Part shown: piece after piece, positions 29,878-43,500 of the stretch
Numbering within the stretch: position 1 is the stretch's first letter
Layout: every line of letters begins with the position of its first letter
Origin: Eledone cirrhosa
Taxonomy: Eukaryota
NCBI GenBank assembly: GCA_964016885.1
Contig: OZ024745.1
Span: forward strand, 2,480,001 to 2,544,000
Direction of reading: 5' to 3'
Length of the DNA stretch: 64,000 nt
Notes under the pieces: generated by a model
Told to the model about the DNA's origin: nothing
The model's input: the letters and a program-made list of their open reading frames with translations, nothing else
Database searches by the model: none
Made by a program: the position numbers and the translations under genes

Positions 29878-30077
29878 CGAGGGAAAAGTGGTAAGGAACC
29901 AGGTGGACCATAACGCACCAAAGTACTCAATACTTAGGGTAGTAGAGTGGGTAATAGGAGTAAGTAAGACCCCGACGGCTGAGCTCAAGCCGTTTCGACG
30001 GCTAATTCTGTACTCAGAGTACAGAATTAGCCATCGAAACGGCTTGAGCTCAGCCGTCGGGGTCTTACTTACTCCTA
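29876..30077 (-). mobile_element. Family A element with terminal inversion
   Basis: About 62-bp arms centred on GTACTC-A-GAGTAC near 30016. Confidence 0.85.
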
Positions 30078-30342
30078 TATATATATATATATATATCTTC
30101 GGTTTGCTTTTATCCTTCTATGTTGTTTACTTGTCTGACTCGCTTTACGCGATTCACTTGTCCCAATAGCTTATTTTAGTTATTGCTCGCACCAACCTGA
30201 GGTATATGATTTTTAATGCGATGAAATACCAATGATGGTTGGCAAATCACTGATGAGGGACTAATTTTATAATATGTAACCGATGTGCAACCACGCAGTA
30301 TTACTCTTTCTTCCCATGTTTTATATATATATATATATATAA

Positions 30343-30472
30343 AACGAAGGAAATGTAGTAAGGAACCAGATGGACCATAACGCACCAAAGTACTCAATAC
30401 TTATGGTAGTAGAGTGGGTAATAGGAACAAGTATGTCCCCGACGGCAGAGCTCAAGCCATTTCGACGGCTAA
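30343..30472 (-). mobile_element. Family A element truncated within stem II, no inversion
   Basis: Ends at TTTCGACGGCTAA and runs into (TA)n. Confidence 0.85.
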
Positions 30473-30507
<35 letters not shown>

Positions 30508-30554
30508 TATATATGTATATATGTATATATACACATATATATATGTATATTTAT

Positions 30555-30626
<72 letters not shown>

Positions 30627-30784
30627 TCAAATAGCACTGTCTAAGATACCAAAACGTTACTCAGCAACTCACGCATCAACAATTGATTAAACTTAACATT
30701 TTCCTCCCACCGGAAATTAGCTTAACATTTAGTAACACAAACATACAAACAGAAAGAAAGAGAGAAAGAATGAATGAATCAGAC

Positions 30785-30870
30785 ATTTGGGTGGGGGGAT
30801 TTGTTAAAGGTAGAAGGGTAGAACCTATTAGATTTGCAGATTTTCCCACACTACAGAGAATGAGGTGGCT
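30785..30870 (+). pseudogene. Possible LINE reverse transcriptase remnant
   Basis: GGFVKGRRVEPIRFAD..LQRM resembles the G..I.GR.I..IRFADD...LQ.M segment of RTE-type RT; short match only. Confidence 0.35.
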
Positions 30871-30900
30871 GGTGGTCAACTTGGACCTTTCAAGAGTGAC

Positions 30901-31412
30901 GATGTTTGTATGGAAAGTTATACAGGACATCAATATATAGCCAGTGAGCCTTCTAGATGTTTGTATGGAAAGTTATACAGGACATCAATATATAGCCAGT
31001 GGGCCTTCTAGATGTTTGTATGGAAAGTTATACAGGACATCAATATATAGCCAGTGAGCCTTCTAGATGTTTGTATGGAAAGTTATACAGGACATCAATA
31101 TATAGCCAGTGGGCCTTCTAGATGTTTGTATGGAAAGTTATACAGGACATCAATATATAGCCAGTGGGCCTTCTAGATGTTTGTATGGAAAGTTATACAG
31201 GACATCAATATATAGCCAGTGAGCCTTCTAGATGTTTGTATCGAAAGTTATACAGGACATCAATATATAGCCAGTGGGCCTTCTAGATGTTTGTATGGAA
31301 AGTTATACAGGACATCAATATATAGCCAGTGGGCCTTCTAGATGTTTGTATGGAAAGTTATACAGGACATCAATATATAGCCAGTGGGCCTTCTAGATGT
31401 TTGTATGGAAAG
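30901..31412. repeat. Minisatellite, 55-bp unit, about 9.3 copies
   Basis: GATGTTTGTATGGAAAGTTATACAGGACATCAATATATAGCCAGTGRGCCTTCTA. Confidence 0.98.
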
Positions 31413-31734
31413 CCCTAATGGTAGAAATACAGAGGACGTCACCATATAGCCAGTTGGCCTTCTAGAAATAAAATCAACATCTCTACTATCTTTTTTTAAA
31501 AAGCAAATACATGCATATGATAATGTAATGTTAGATACGTTAGGTCTGAAAAAGGGATGGGCAAGGTTTGGAGATCTTTGAGCAGAGGTTTGGTCGATCA
31601 GAGCTGACCTGGGGCTAAACAATAACAACAATTAAATTGGTGGAGAAGGAAATTCCAGCGGGTTGCGGCTCTATAAAGAAAAACTTTGACAAAATACTTA
31701 GAATTGAGCGAAAGAAGGTTCGACATAGGAATAA

Positions 31735-33518
31735 AGAGAGGAACGGTATAAAGCTTGGTATTACAGGAGAACGTGTGCTGTTCTATTGTAGGAGAGGAAT
31801 GGTATGGAGTTTGGTATTACAGGAGAACATGTGCTGTTCTATTGTAAGAGAGGAATGGTATGGAGTTTGGTATTACAGGAGAACAGGTGCTGTTCTAATG
31901 GAGGAGACGAATTGTATAGAACTTGGTATTACAGGAGAACAGGTGCTGTTCTATTGTAGGAGAGGAGTGGTATGGAGTTTGGTATTACAGAACAGGGGTT
32001 GTTCTAATGGAGGAGAGGAATGGTATAGAACTTGGTATTACAGGAGAACAGGTGCTGTTCTAATGGAGGAGAGGAATGGTATAGAACTTGGTATTACAGG
32101 ACAGGGGTTGTTCTAATGGAGGAGAGGAATGGTATAGAACTTGGTATTACAGGAGAACAGGTGCTGTTCTAATGGAGGAGAGGCATGGTATAGAACTTGG
32201 TATTACAGGAGAACAGGTGCTGTTCTAATGGAGGAGAGGAATGGTATAGAACTTGGTATTACAGGAGAACAGGTGCTGTTCTAATGGAGGAGAGGAATGG
32301 TATAGAACTTGGTATTACAGGACAGGGGTTGTTCTAATGGAGGAGAGGAGTGGTATGGAGTTTGGTATTACAGGACAGGGGTTGTTCTAATGGAGGAGAG
32401 GAGTGGTATGGAGTTTGGTATTACAGGACAGGGGTTGTTCTAATGGAGGAGAGGAGTGGTATAGAACTTGGTATTACAGAACAGGGGTTGTTCTATTGTA
32501 GGAGAGGAGTGGTATGGAGTTTGGTATTACAGGACAGGGGTTGTTCTAATGGAGGAGAGGAGTGGTATGGAGTTTGGTATTACAGGACAGGGGTTGTTCT
32601 AATGGAGGAGAGGAGTGGTATAGAACTTGGTATTACAGGAGAACAGGTGCTGTTCTATTGTAGGAGAGGAATGGTATAGAACTTGGTATTACAGGACAGG
32701 GGTTGTTCTAATGGAGGAGAGGAATGGTATAGAACTTGGTATTACAGGACAGGGGTTGTTCTAATGGAGGAGAGGAGTGGTATGGAGTTTGGTATTACAG
32801 GACAGGGGTTGTTCTAATGGAGGAGAGGAATGGTATGGAGTTTGGTATTACAGAACAGGGGTTGTTCTAATGGAGGAGAGGAGTGGTATAGAACTTGGTA
32901 TTACAGGAGAACAGGTGCTGTTCTATTGTAGGAGAGGAATGGTATAGAACTTGGTATTACAGGACAGGGGTTGTTCTAATGGAGGAGAGGAATGGTATGG
33001 AGTTTGGTATTACAGGACAGGGGTTGTTCTAATGGAGGAGAGGAATGGTATGGAGTTTGGTATTACAGAACAGGGGTTGTTCTAATGGAGGAGAGGAGTG
33101 GTATAGAACTTGGTATTACAGGAGAACAGGTGCTGTTCTATTGTAGGAGAGGAATGGTATAGAACTTGGTATTACAGGACAGGGGTTGTTCTAATGGAGG
33201 AGAGGAATGGTATGGAGTTTGGTATTACAGGACAGGGGTTGTTCTAATGGAGGAGAGGAGTGGTATGGAGTTTGGTATTACAGGACAGGGGTTGTTCTAA
33301 TGGAGGAGAGGAGTGGTATGGAGTTTGGTATTACAGGACAGGGGTTGTTCTAATGGAGGAGAGGAATGGTATAGAACTTGGTATTACAGGAGAACAGGTG
33401 CTGTTCTATTGTAGGAGAGGAGTGGTATGGAGTTTGGTATTACAGAACAGGGGTTGTTCTATTGGAGGAGAGGAATGGTATAGAACTTGGTATTACAGGA
33501 GAACAGGTGCTGTTCTAA
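31735..33518. repeat. Minisatellite, 53/56-bp units, about 33 copies
   Basis: GGAGAGGARTGGTAT(AGAAC/GGAGT)TTGGTATTACAGGA(GAACAGGTGC/CAGGGGT)TGTTCTAATGGA. Confidence 0.96.
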
Positions 33519-33647
33519 TTAGAAACGGTGGACAGAGAAAAATATTGCATCATAAGACTCAGCAGCTAGAAATGGCTCTAGAAAATATTTGTTAGTCCAT
33601 AAGTAGTTTTTAGTACATTATAGTAGTTAATATCGTCCATGATATAA

Positions 33648-33805
33648 GGGACGAATTAGCAGAGTCGTTAGAACGTCGGTTAGAATGATCTACGGTATTC
33701 GTTCCGGCTCTCTGCTCTCTGATTTCAAAACTCACCGAGGTCAACTTTGCTTTCATTCATTGAAGGTCGTTGAAATAGTACCAGTCTACTACTGGGGTCA
33801 AATCG
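33648..33805 (+). mobile_element. SINE family 1, diverged copy
   Basis: GGGACGAATTAGCAGAGTCGTTAG...CCGAGGTCAACTTTGCTTTCAT...AGTACCAG...CTGGGGTC. Confidence 0.7.
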
Positions 33806-34544
33806 TCCTCTATATCTCTTTCTCACCACCTCTCTCTCTCTGTCTCTCTCCTTCTCCTAAAGAGGAGATGGGCTACGCCAGGTTTTCAAGTGCTTTAGAA
33901 ATGCCGTATGTCAACACGACGCCGCCTCTATGACTCCCCCAGGGAGTTATGAGGTCATGCACACATAGTAGTTAATATCGTTGTAAAATAGAGTCCCACC
34001 TTCCACATCATCAGGTAAAATAAATACCAACAATATACGTAAACGAATGACAAAAGCAAGAAAAGCTGCTAAGCGAAACTAATGTTTAAAACATGAATAT
34101 ATGCAATATCGCACATTTTTCCAGGGTAAATACACTAAATTCGAACCTGAAGCGTGCTAAAAAGCACGAGTGTTTTATTAAAAGGCATTAACAAAAAAAC
34201 GTGCGAAGATTTTTTTTTAAATATTAAATTAAGGACGAGCATTTGTTAGATGGCAAATATTGCTGTTAAAACGTTTAAAATAGATTTAAAAAAGCATAAA
34301 ATCGATTGACATCGAAAACGAGTTATAATTTTCCTAAATAATGTATTCCAAATGCTGAGAGTTGTGACCAGCACATGTCAGCATGTAAAGACCAATGAAA
34401 ATAATGTTCCCCCATCTAACGGTAGATTTCTTCCCTGTTTTTAATAAAATATTTGCCATCATCAATGTTAATTTGTTAGTCTTGTTGTTTTCTCAGTCCG
34501 TGCTTCTTTTTTCTAGTTTTACCTGAAACTGGGTGAAGGGGAAA

Positions 34545-37500
34545 AGGTTCTACCTCGACATATTAGGAGAGGGCTCTACCTCTACAGATTAGGAGAGGGT
34601 TCTACCTCTAGATATTAGGAGAGGGCTCTACCTCTACATATTAGGAGAGGGCTCTACCTCTACATATTAGGAGAGGTCTCTACCTCTACATATTAGGAGA
34701 GGGCTCTACCTCTACATATTAGGAGAGGGTTCTACCTCTAGATATTAGGAGAGGGCTCTACCTCTACATATTAGGAGAGGGCTCTACCTCTACATATTAG
34801 GAGAGGGCTCTACCTCTACATATTAGGCGAGGGCTCTACATATTAAGCGAGGGCTCTACATATTAGGAGAGGGCTCTACCTCTACATATTAGGAGAGGGC
34901 CCTACCTCTACATATTAGGCGAGGGCTCTATCTCTACATATTAGGAGAGGGCTCTACCTCTACATATTAGGAGAGGGCTCTACATATTAAGCGAGGGCTC
35001 TACATATTAGGAGAGGGCTCTACCTCTACATATTAGGAGAAGGCTCTACCTCTACATATTAGGAGAAGGCTCTACCTCTACATATTAGGAGAGGGTTCTA
35101 CCTCTATATATTAGGAGAGGGCCCTACCTCTACATATTAGGCGAGGGCTCTACCTCTACATATTAGGAGAGGGCTCTACCTCTACATATTAGGAGAGGGC
35201 TCTACCTCTACATATTAGGAGAAGGATCTACCTCTACATATTAGGAGAGGGCCCTACCTCTACATATTAGGCGAGGGCTCTACCTCTACATATTAGGCGA
35301 GGGCTCTACCTCTACATATTAGGAGAGGGCTCTACCTCTACATATTAGGAGAGGGCTCTACCTCTACATATTAGGAGAGGGCTCTACATATTAGGAGAGG
35401 GCTCTACCTCTATATATTAGGAGAGGGCTCTACCTCTACATATTATGAGAGGGCTCTACATATTAGGAGAGGGCTCTACCTCTACATATTAGGAGAGGGT
35501 TCTACCTCTACATATTATGAGAAGGCTCTACCTCTACATATTATGAGAGGTTCTACATCTTCATATTAGGAGAGGGCTCTACATATTAGGAGAGGGTTCT
35601 ACCTCTACATATTAGGAGAGGGCTCTACCACTACATATTAGGAGAGGGCTCTACCTCTACATATTAGGAGAGGGCTCTACATATTAGGAGAGGGCTCTAC
35701 CTCTACATATTAGGAGAGGGCTCTACCTCTACATATTAGGAGTGGGCTCTACCTCTACATATTAGGAGAGGGTACTACATCTACATATTAGGAGAGGGCT
35801 CTACATATTAGGAGAGGGCTCTACCTCTATATATTAGGAGAGGGCTCTACCTCTACATATTATGAGAGGGCTCTACATATTAGGCGAGGGCTCTACCTCT
35901 ACATATTAGGAGAGGGTACTACATCTACATATTAGGAGAGGGCTCTACATATTAGGAGAGGGCTCTACCTCTACATATTAGGAGAGGGCTCTACCTCTAC
36001 ATATTAGGAGAGGGCTCTACCACTACATATTAGGAGAGGGCTCTACCTCTACATATTAGGAGAGGGCTCTACATATTAGGAAAGGGCTCTACCTCTATAT
36101 ATTAGGAGAGGGCTCTACCACTACATATTAGGAGAGGGCTCTACCTCTACATATTAGGAGAGGGCTCTACATATTAGGAGAGGGTTCTACCTCTACATAT
36201 TAGGAGAGGGCTCTACCACTACATATTAGGAGAGGGCTCTACCTCTACATATTAGGAGAGGGCTCTACATATTAGGAGAGGGCTCTACCTCTATATATTA
36301 GGAGAGGGCTCTACCTCTACATATTAGGAGAGGGCTCTACCTCTACATATTAGGAGTGGGCTCTACCTCTACATATTAGGAGTGGGCTCTACCTCTACAT
36401 ATTAGGAGTGGGCTCTACCTCTACATATTAGGAGTGGGCTCTACCTCTATATATTAGGAGAGGGCTCTACCTCTACATATTAGGAGTGGGCTCTACATCT
36501 ACATATTAGGAGTGGGCTCTACCTCTACATATTAGGAGTGGGCTCTACCTCTACATATTAGGAGAGGGCTCTACCTCTACATATTAGGAGTGGGCTCTAC
36601 CTCTATATATTAGGAGAGGGCTCTACCTCTACATATTAGGAGAGGGCTCTACCTCTACATATTAGGAGAGGGCTCTAACTCTACATATTAGGAGAGGGCT
36701 CTACATATTAGGAGAGGGCTCTACCTCTACATATTAGGAGAGGGCTCTACCTCTACATATTAGGAGAGGGCTCTACCTCTACATATTAGGAGAGGGTTCT
36801 ACCTCTACATATTAGGAGAGGGCTCTACCTCTACATATTAGGATAGGGCTCTACATATTAGGAGAGGGCTCTACCTCTACATATTAGGAGAGGGCTCTAC
36901 CTCTACATATTAGGAGAGGGCTCTACATAATAGGAGAGGGCTCTACGTATTAGGAGAGGGCTCTACATATTAGGAGAGGGCTCTACCTCTATATATTAGG
37001 AGAGGGCTCTACCTCTACATATTAGGAGAGGGTTCTACCTCTACATATTAGGAGAGGGCTCTACCTCTACATATTAGGAGAGGGCTCTACATATTAGGAG
37101 AGGGCTCTACCTCTACATATTAGGAGAGGGCTCTACCTCTACATATTAGGAGAGGGCTCTACATATTAGGAGAGGGCTCTACATATTAGGAGAGGGCTCT
37201 ACCTCTACATATTAGGAGAGGGCTCTACCTCTACATATTAGGAGAGGGCTCTACCTCTACATATTAGGAGAGGGTTCTACCTCTACATATTAGGAGAGGG
37301 CTCTACATATTATGAGAGGGTTTTACCTCTACATATTAGGAGAGGGCTCTACCTCTACATATTAGGAGAGGGCTCTACCTCTACATATTAGGAGAGGGCT
37401 CTACCTCTACATATTAGGAGAGGGCTCTACCTCTACATATTAGGAGAGGGCTCTACCTCTACATATTAGGAGAGGGCTCTACATATTATGAGAGGGCTCT

Positions 37501-40500
37501 TCCTCTACATATTAGGAGAGGGTTCTACCTCTACATATTAGGAGAGGGCTCTACATATTAGGAGAGGGCTCTACATATTAGGAGAGGGCTCTACATCTAC
37601 ATATTAGGAGAGGGCTCTACCTCTACATATTATGAGAGGTCTCGACCTCTACATATTAGGAGAGGGCTCTACCTCTACATATTAGGCGAGGCTCTACATA
37701 TTAGGAGAGTGTTCTACCTCTACATATTAGGAGAGGGCTCTACATATTAGGAGAGGGCTCTACATATTAGGAGAGGGCTCTACATATTAGGAGAGGGCTC
37801 TACATATTAGGAGAGGGCTCTACATATTAGGAGAGGGCTCTACATATTAGGAGAGGGCTCTACATATTAGGAGAGGGCTCTACATATTAGGAGAGGGCTC
37901 TACCTTTACATATTAGGAGAGTGTTCTACCTCTACATATTAGGAGAGGGCTCTACATATTAGGAGAGGGCTCTACATATTAGGAGAGGGCTCTACATATT
38001 AGGAGAGGGCTCTACATATTAGGAGAGGGCTCTACATATTAGGAGAGGGCTCTACATATTAGGAGAGGGCTCTACATATTAGGAGAGGGCTCTACCTTTA
38101 CATATTAGGAGAGTGTTCTACCTCTACATATTAGGCGAGGGCTCTACATATTAGGAGAGCGCTCTACATATTAGGAGAGGGCTCTACATATTAGGAGAGG
38201 GCTCTACATATTAGGAGAGGGCTCTACATATTAGGAGAGGGCTCTACATATTAGGAGAGGGCTCTACCTCTACATATTAGGAGAGGGCTCTACCTCTACA
38301 TATTAGGAGTGGGCTCTACCTCTACATATTAGGAGAGGGTACTACATCTACATATTAGGAGAGGGCTCTACATATTAGGAGAGGGCTCTACCTCTATATA
38401 TTAGGAGAGGGCTCTACCTCTACATATTATGAGAGGGCTCTACATATTAGGCGAGGGCTCTACCTCTACATATTAGGAGAGGGTACTACATCTACATATT
38501 AGGAGAGGGCTCTACATATTAGGAGAGGGCTCTACCTCTACATATTAGGAGAGGGCTCTACCTCTACATATTAGGAGAGGGCTCTACCACTACATATTAG
38601 GAGAGGGCTCTACCTCTACATATTAGGAGACGGCTCTACATATTAGGAGAGGGCTCTACCTCTATATATTAGGAGAGGGCTCTACCACTACATATTAGGA
38701 GAGGGCTCTACCTCTACATATTAGGAGAGGGCTCTACATATTAGGAGAGGGTTCTACCTCTACATATTAGGAGAGGGCTCTACCACTACATATTAGGAGA
38801 GGGCTCTACCTCTACATATTAGGAGAGGGCTCTACATATTAGGAGAGGGCTCTACCTCTATATATTAGGAGAGGGCTCTACCTCTACATATTAGGAGAGG
38901 GCTCTACCTCTACATATTAGGAGTGGGCTCTACCTCTACATATTAGGAGTGGGCTCTACCTCTACATATTAGGAGTGGGCTCTACCTCTACATATTAGGA
39001 GTGGGCTCTACCTCTATATATTAGGAGAGGGCTCTACCTCTACATATTAGGAGTGGGCTCTACATCTACATATTAGGAGTGGGCTCTACCTCTACATATT
39101 AGGAGTGGGCTCTACCTCTACATATTAGGAGAGGGCTCTACCTCTACATATTAGGAGTGGGCTCTACCTCTATATATTAGGAGAGGGCTCTACCTCTACA
39201 TATTAGGAGAGGGCTCTACCTCTACATATTAGGAGAGGGCTCTACATATTAGGAGAGGGCTCTACCTCTACATATTAGGAGAGGGCTCTACCTCTACATA
39301 TTAGGAGAGGGCTCTACATATTAGGAGAGGGCTCTACATATTAGGAGAGGGCTCTACCTCTACATATTAGGAGAGGGCTCTACCTCTATATATTAGGAGA
39401 GGGCTCTACCTCTACATATTAGGAGAGGGTTCTACCTCTACATATTAGGAGAGGGCTCTACCTCTACATATTAGGAGAGGGCTCTACATATTAGGAGAGG
39501 GCTCTACCTCTACATATTAGGAGAGGGCTCTACCTCTACATATTAGGAGAGGGCTCTACATATTAGGAGAGGGCTCTACATATTAGGAGAGGGCTCTACC
39601 TCTACATATTAGGAGAGGGCTCTACCTCTACATATTAGGAGAGGGCTCTACCTCTACATATTAGGAGAGGGTTCTACCTCTACATATTAGGAGAGGGCTC
39701 TACATATTATGAGAGGGTTCTACCTCTACATATTAGGAGAGGGCTCTACCTCTACATATTAGGAGAGGGCTCTACCTCTACATATTAGGAGAGGGCTCTA
39801 CCTCTACATATTAGGAGAGGGCTCTACCTCTACATATTAGGAGAGGGCTCTACCTCTACATATTAGGAGAGGGCTCTACATATTATGAGAGGGCTCTACC
39901 TCTACATATTAGGAGAGGGTTCTACCTCTACATATTAGGAGAGGGCTCTACATATTAGGAGAGGGCTCTACATATTAGGAGAGGGCTCTACCTCTACATA
40001 TTAGGAGAGGGCTCTACCTCTACATATTATGAGAGGTCTCGACCTCTACATATTAGGAGAGGGCTCTACCTCTACATATTAGGCGAGGCTCTACATATTA
40101 GGAGAGTGTTCTACCTCTACATATTAGGAGAGGGCTCTACATATTAGGAGAGGGCTCTACATATTAGGAGAGGGCTCTACATATTAGGAGAGGGCTCTAC
40201 ATATTAGGAGAGGGCTCTACCTTTACATATTAGGAGAGTGTTCTACCTCTACATATTAGGCGAGGGCTCTACATATTAGGAGAGGGCTCTACATATTAGG
40301 AGAGGGCTCTACATATTAGGAGAGGGCTCTACATATTAGGAGAGGGCTCTACATATTAGGAGAGGGCTCTACATATTAGGAGAGGGCTCTACATATTAGG
40401 AGAGGGCTCTACCTTTACATATTAGGAGAGTGTTCTACCTCTACATATTAGGCGAGGGCTCTACATATTAGGAGAGGGCTCTACATATTAGGAGAGGGCT

Positions 40501-43500
40501 CTACATATTAGGAGAGGGCTCTACATATTAGGAGAGGGCTCTACCTTTACATATTAGGAGAGGGCTCTACCTCTACATATTAGGCGAGGGCTCTACATAT
40601 TAGGAGAGGGCTCTACATATTAGGAGAGGGCTCTACATATTAGGAGAGGGCTCTACATATTAGGAGAGGGCTCTACATATTAGGAGAGGGCTCTACATAT
40701 TAGGAGAGGGCTCTACATATTAGGAGAGGGCTCTACCCTTACATATTAGGAGAGGGCTCTACCTCTACATATTAGGCGAGGGCTCTACATATTAGGAGAG
40801 GGCTCTACATATTAGGAGAGGGCTCTACATATTAGGAGAGGGCTCTACATATTAGGAGAGGGCTCTACATATTAGGAGAGGGCTCTACCTCTACATATTA
40901 GGAGAGGGCGCTACCTCTACATATTAGGAGAGGGCTCTACCTCTACCTATTAGGAGAGGGCTCAGCATATTAGGAGAGGGTTCTACCTCTACATATTAGG
41001 AGAAGGCTCCACATATTAGGAGAAGGCTCTACCTCTACATATTAGGAGAAGGTTCTACCTCTACATATTAGGAGAAGGCTATACCTCTACATATTAGGAG
41101 AAGGCGCTACATATTAGGAGAGGGTTCTACCTCTACATATTAGGAGAAGGCTCTACCTCTACATATTAGGAGAGGGTTCTACCTATACATATTAGGCGAG
41201 GGCTCTACATATTGGGAGAGGGCTCTACGACTACATATTAGGAGAGGGCTCTACCTCTACATATTAGGAGAGGTCTCTACCTCTACATATTAGGAGAAGG
41301 CTATACCTCTACATATTAGGAGAAGGCTCTACATATTAGGAGAGGGTTCTACCTCTACATATTAGGAGAAGGCTCTACCTCTACATATTAGGAGAGGGTT
41401 CTACCTATACATATTAGGCGAGGGCTCTACATATTGGGAGAGGGCTCTACATATTAGGAGAGGGCTTTACCTCTACATAGTAGGAGAGGGCTCTACCTCT
41501 ACATATTAGGAGAGGTCTCTACCACTACATATTAGGAGAGGGCTCTACCTCTACATATTAGGAGAGGGCTCTACCTCTACATATTAGGAGAGGGCTCTAC
41601 ATCTACATATTAGGATAGGGCTCTACCTCTACATGTTAGGAGAGGTCTCTACCACTGCATATTAAGAGAGGTCTCTACCTCTACATATTAGGAGAGGGCT
41701 CTCCGTCTACATATTAGTAGAGGGCTCTACTCTACATATTAGGAGAGGGCTCTACCTCTACATATTAGTAGAGTGTTCTACATCTACATATTATGAGAGG
41801 GCTCTACATATTAGGAGAGGGCTCTACCTCTACATATTAGGAGAGGGCTCTACCTCTACATATTAGGAAAAGGCTCTACATATTAGGAGAGGGCTCTACC
41901 TCGACATATTAGGAGAAGGCTCTACCTCTACATATTAGGAGAAGGCTCTACATATTAGGAGAAGGCTCTACCTCTACATATTAGGAGAGGGCTCTACCTC
42001 TACATATTATGAGAGGGCTCTTCTATATTAAGCGAGGGCTCTACATATTAGGAGAGAGCTCTACATATTAGGAGAGGTCTGTACCACTACATATTAGGAG
42101 AAGGCTCTACCTCTGCATATTAGGAGAGGGCTCTACATATTAGGAGAGGGTTCTACCTCTACATATTAGGAGAGGGCTCTACCTCTACATATTAGGAGAG
42201 GGTTCTACCTCTACATATTAGAAGAGGGTTCTACCTCTACATATTAGCAGAGGGCTCTACCTCTACATATTAGGAGAGGGCTCTACCTCTACATATTAGG
42301 AGAGGTTTCTACCTCTACATATTAGGAGAGGGCTCTACCTCTACATATTAGGAGAGGTCTCTACCTCTACATATTAGGAGAAGGCTCTACCTCTGCATAT
42401 TAGGAGAGGGCTCTACATATTAGGAGAGGGTTCTACCTCTACATATTAGGAGAGGGCTCTACCTCTACATATTAGGAGAGGGTTCTACCTCTACATATTA
42501 GGAGAGGGCTCAACCTCTACATATTAGGAGAGGGCTCTACCTCTACATATTAGGAGAGGGCTCTACCACTACATATTAGGAGAGGGCTCTACCACTACAT
42601 ATTAGGAGAGGGCTCTACCTCTACATATTAGGAGAGATTTCTACCTCTACATATTAGGAGAGGGCTCTACCTCTATATATTAGGAGAGGGTTCTACCTGT
42701 ACATATTATGAGAGGGCTCTACATATTAGGAGAGGGCTTTACCTCTACATATTAGGAGAGGGCTCTACCTCTATATATTAGGAGAAGGCTCTACCTCTAC
42801 ATATTATGAGAGGTTATACATCTACATATTAGGAGAGGGCTCTACATATTAGGAGAGGGTTCTACCTCTACATATTAGGAAAGGGCTCTACATATTAGGA
42901 GAGGGCTCTACCTCTACATATTAGGAGAGGGCTCTACCTCTACATATTAGGAGAGGGCTCTACCTCTACATATTATAGGAGAGGTCTCTACCTCTACATA
43001 TCATGAGAGGGTTCTACATCTACATATTTGGAGTGGGCTCTACATATTAGGAGAGGGCTCTACCTCTACATATTAGGAGAAGACTCTAACTCTACATATT
43101 AGTAGGGGGCTCTACATATTAAGCGAGGGCTCTACATATTAGGAGAGGGCTCTATATATTAAAAGAGGTCTCTACATATTAGGAGAGGTCTCTACCACTA
43201 CATATTAGGAGAGAGCTCTACCTCTACATATTAGGAGAGGGCTCCACATATTAGGAGAGGGCTCTACCTCTACATATTAGGAGAGAGTCCTACCTCTACA
43301 TATTAGGAGAGGGCTCTACCCCTACATATTAGGAGAGGGCTCTACATATTAGGAGAGGGCTCTACCTCTACATATTAGGAGAAGGCTCTACCTCTACATA
43401 TTAGGAGATGGCTCTACATATTAGGAGAGAGTTCTACCTCTACGTATTAGGAGAGAGTCCTACCTCTACATATTAGGAGAGGGCTCTACCTCTACATATT

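Noticed and set aside
30245-30300. CTGATGAG hammerhead core
   Set aside because: No downstream GAAA or pairing stems could be found.
31637-33595. Repetitive ORFs in the 53/56-bp array
   Set aside because: Unit lengths are not multiples of three and stops are frequent.
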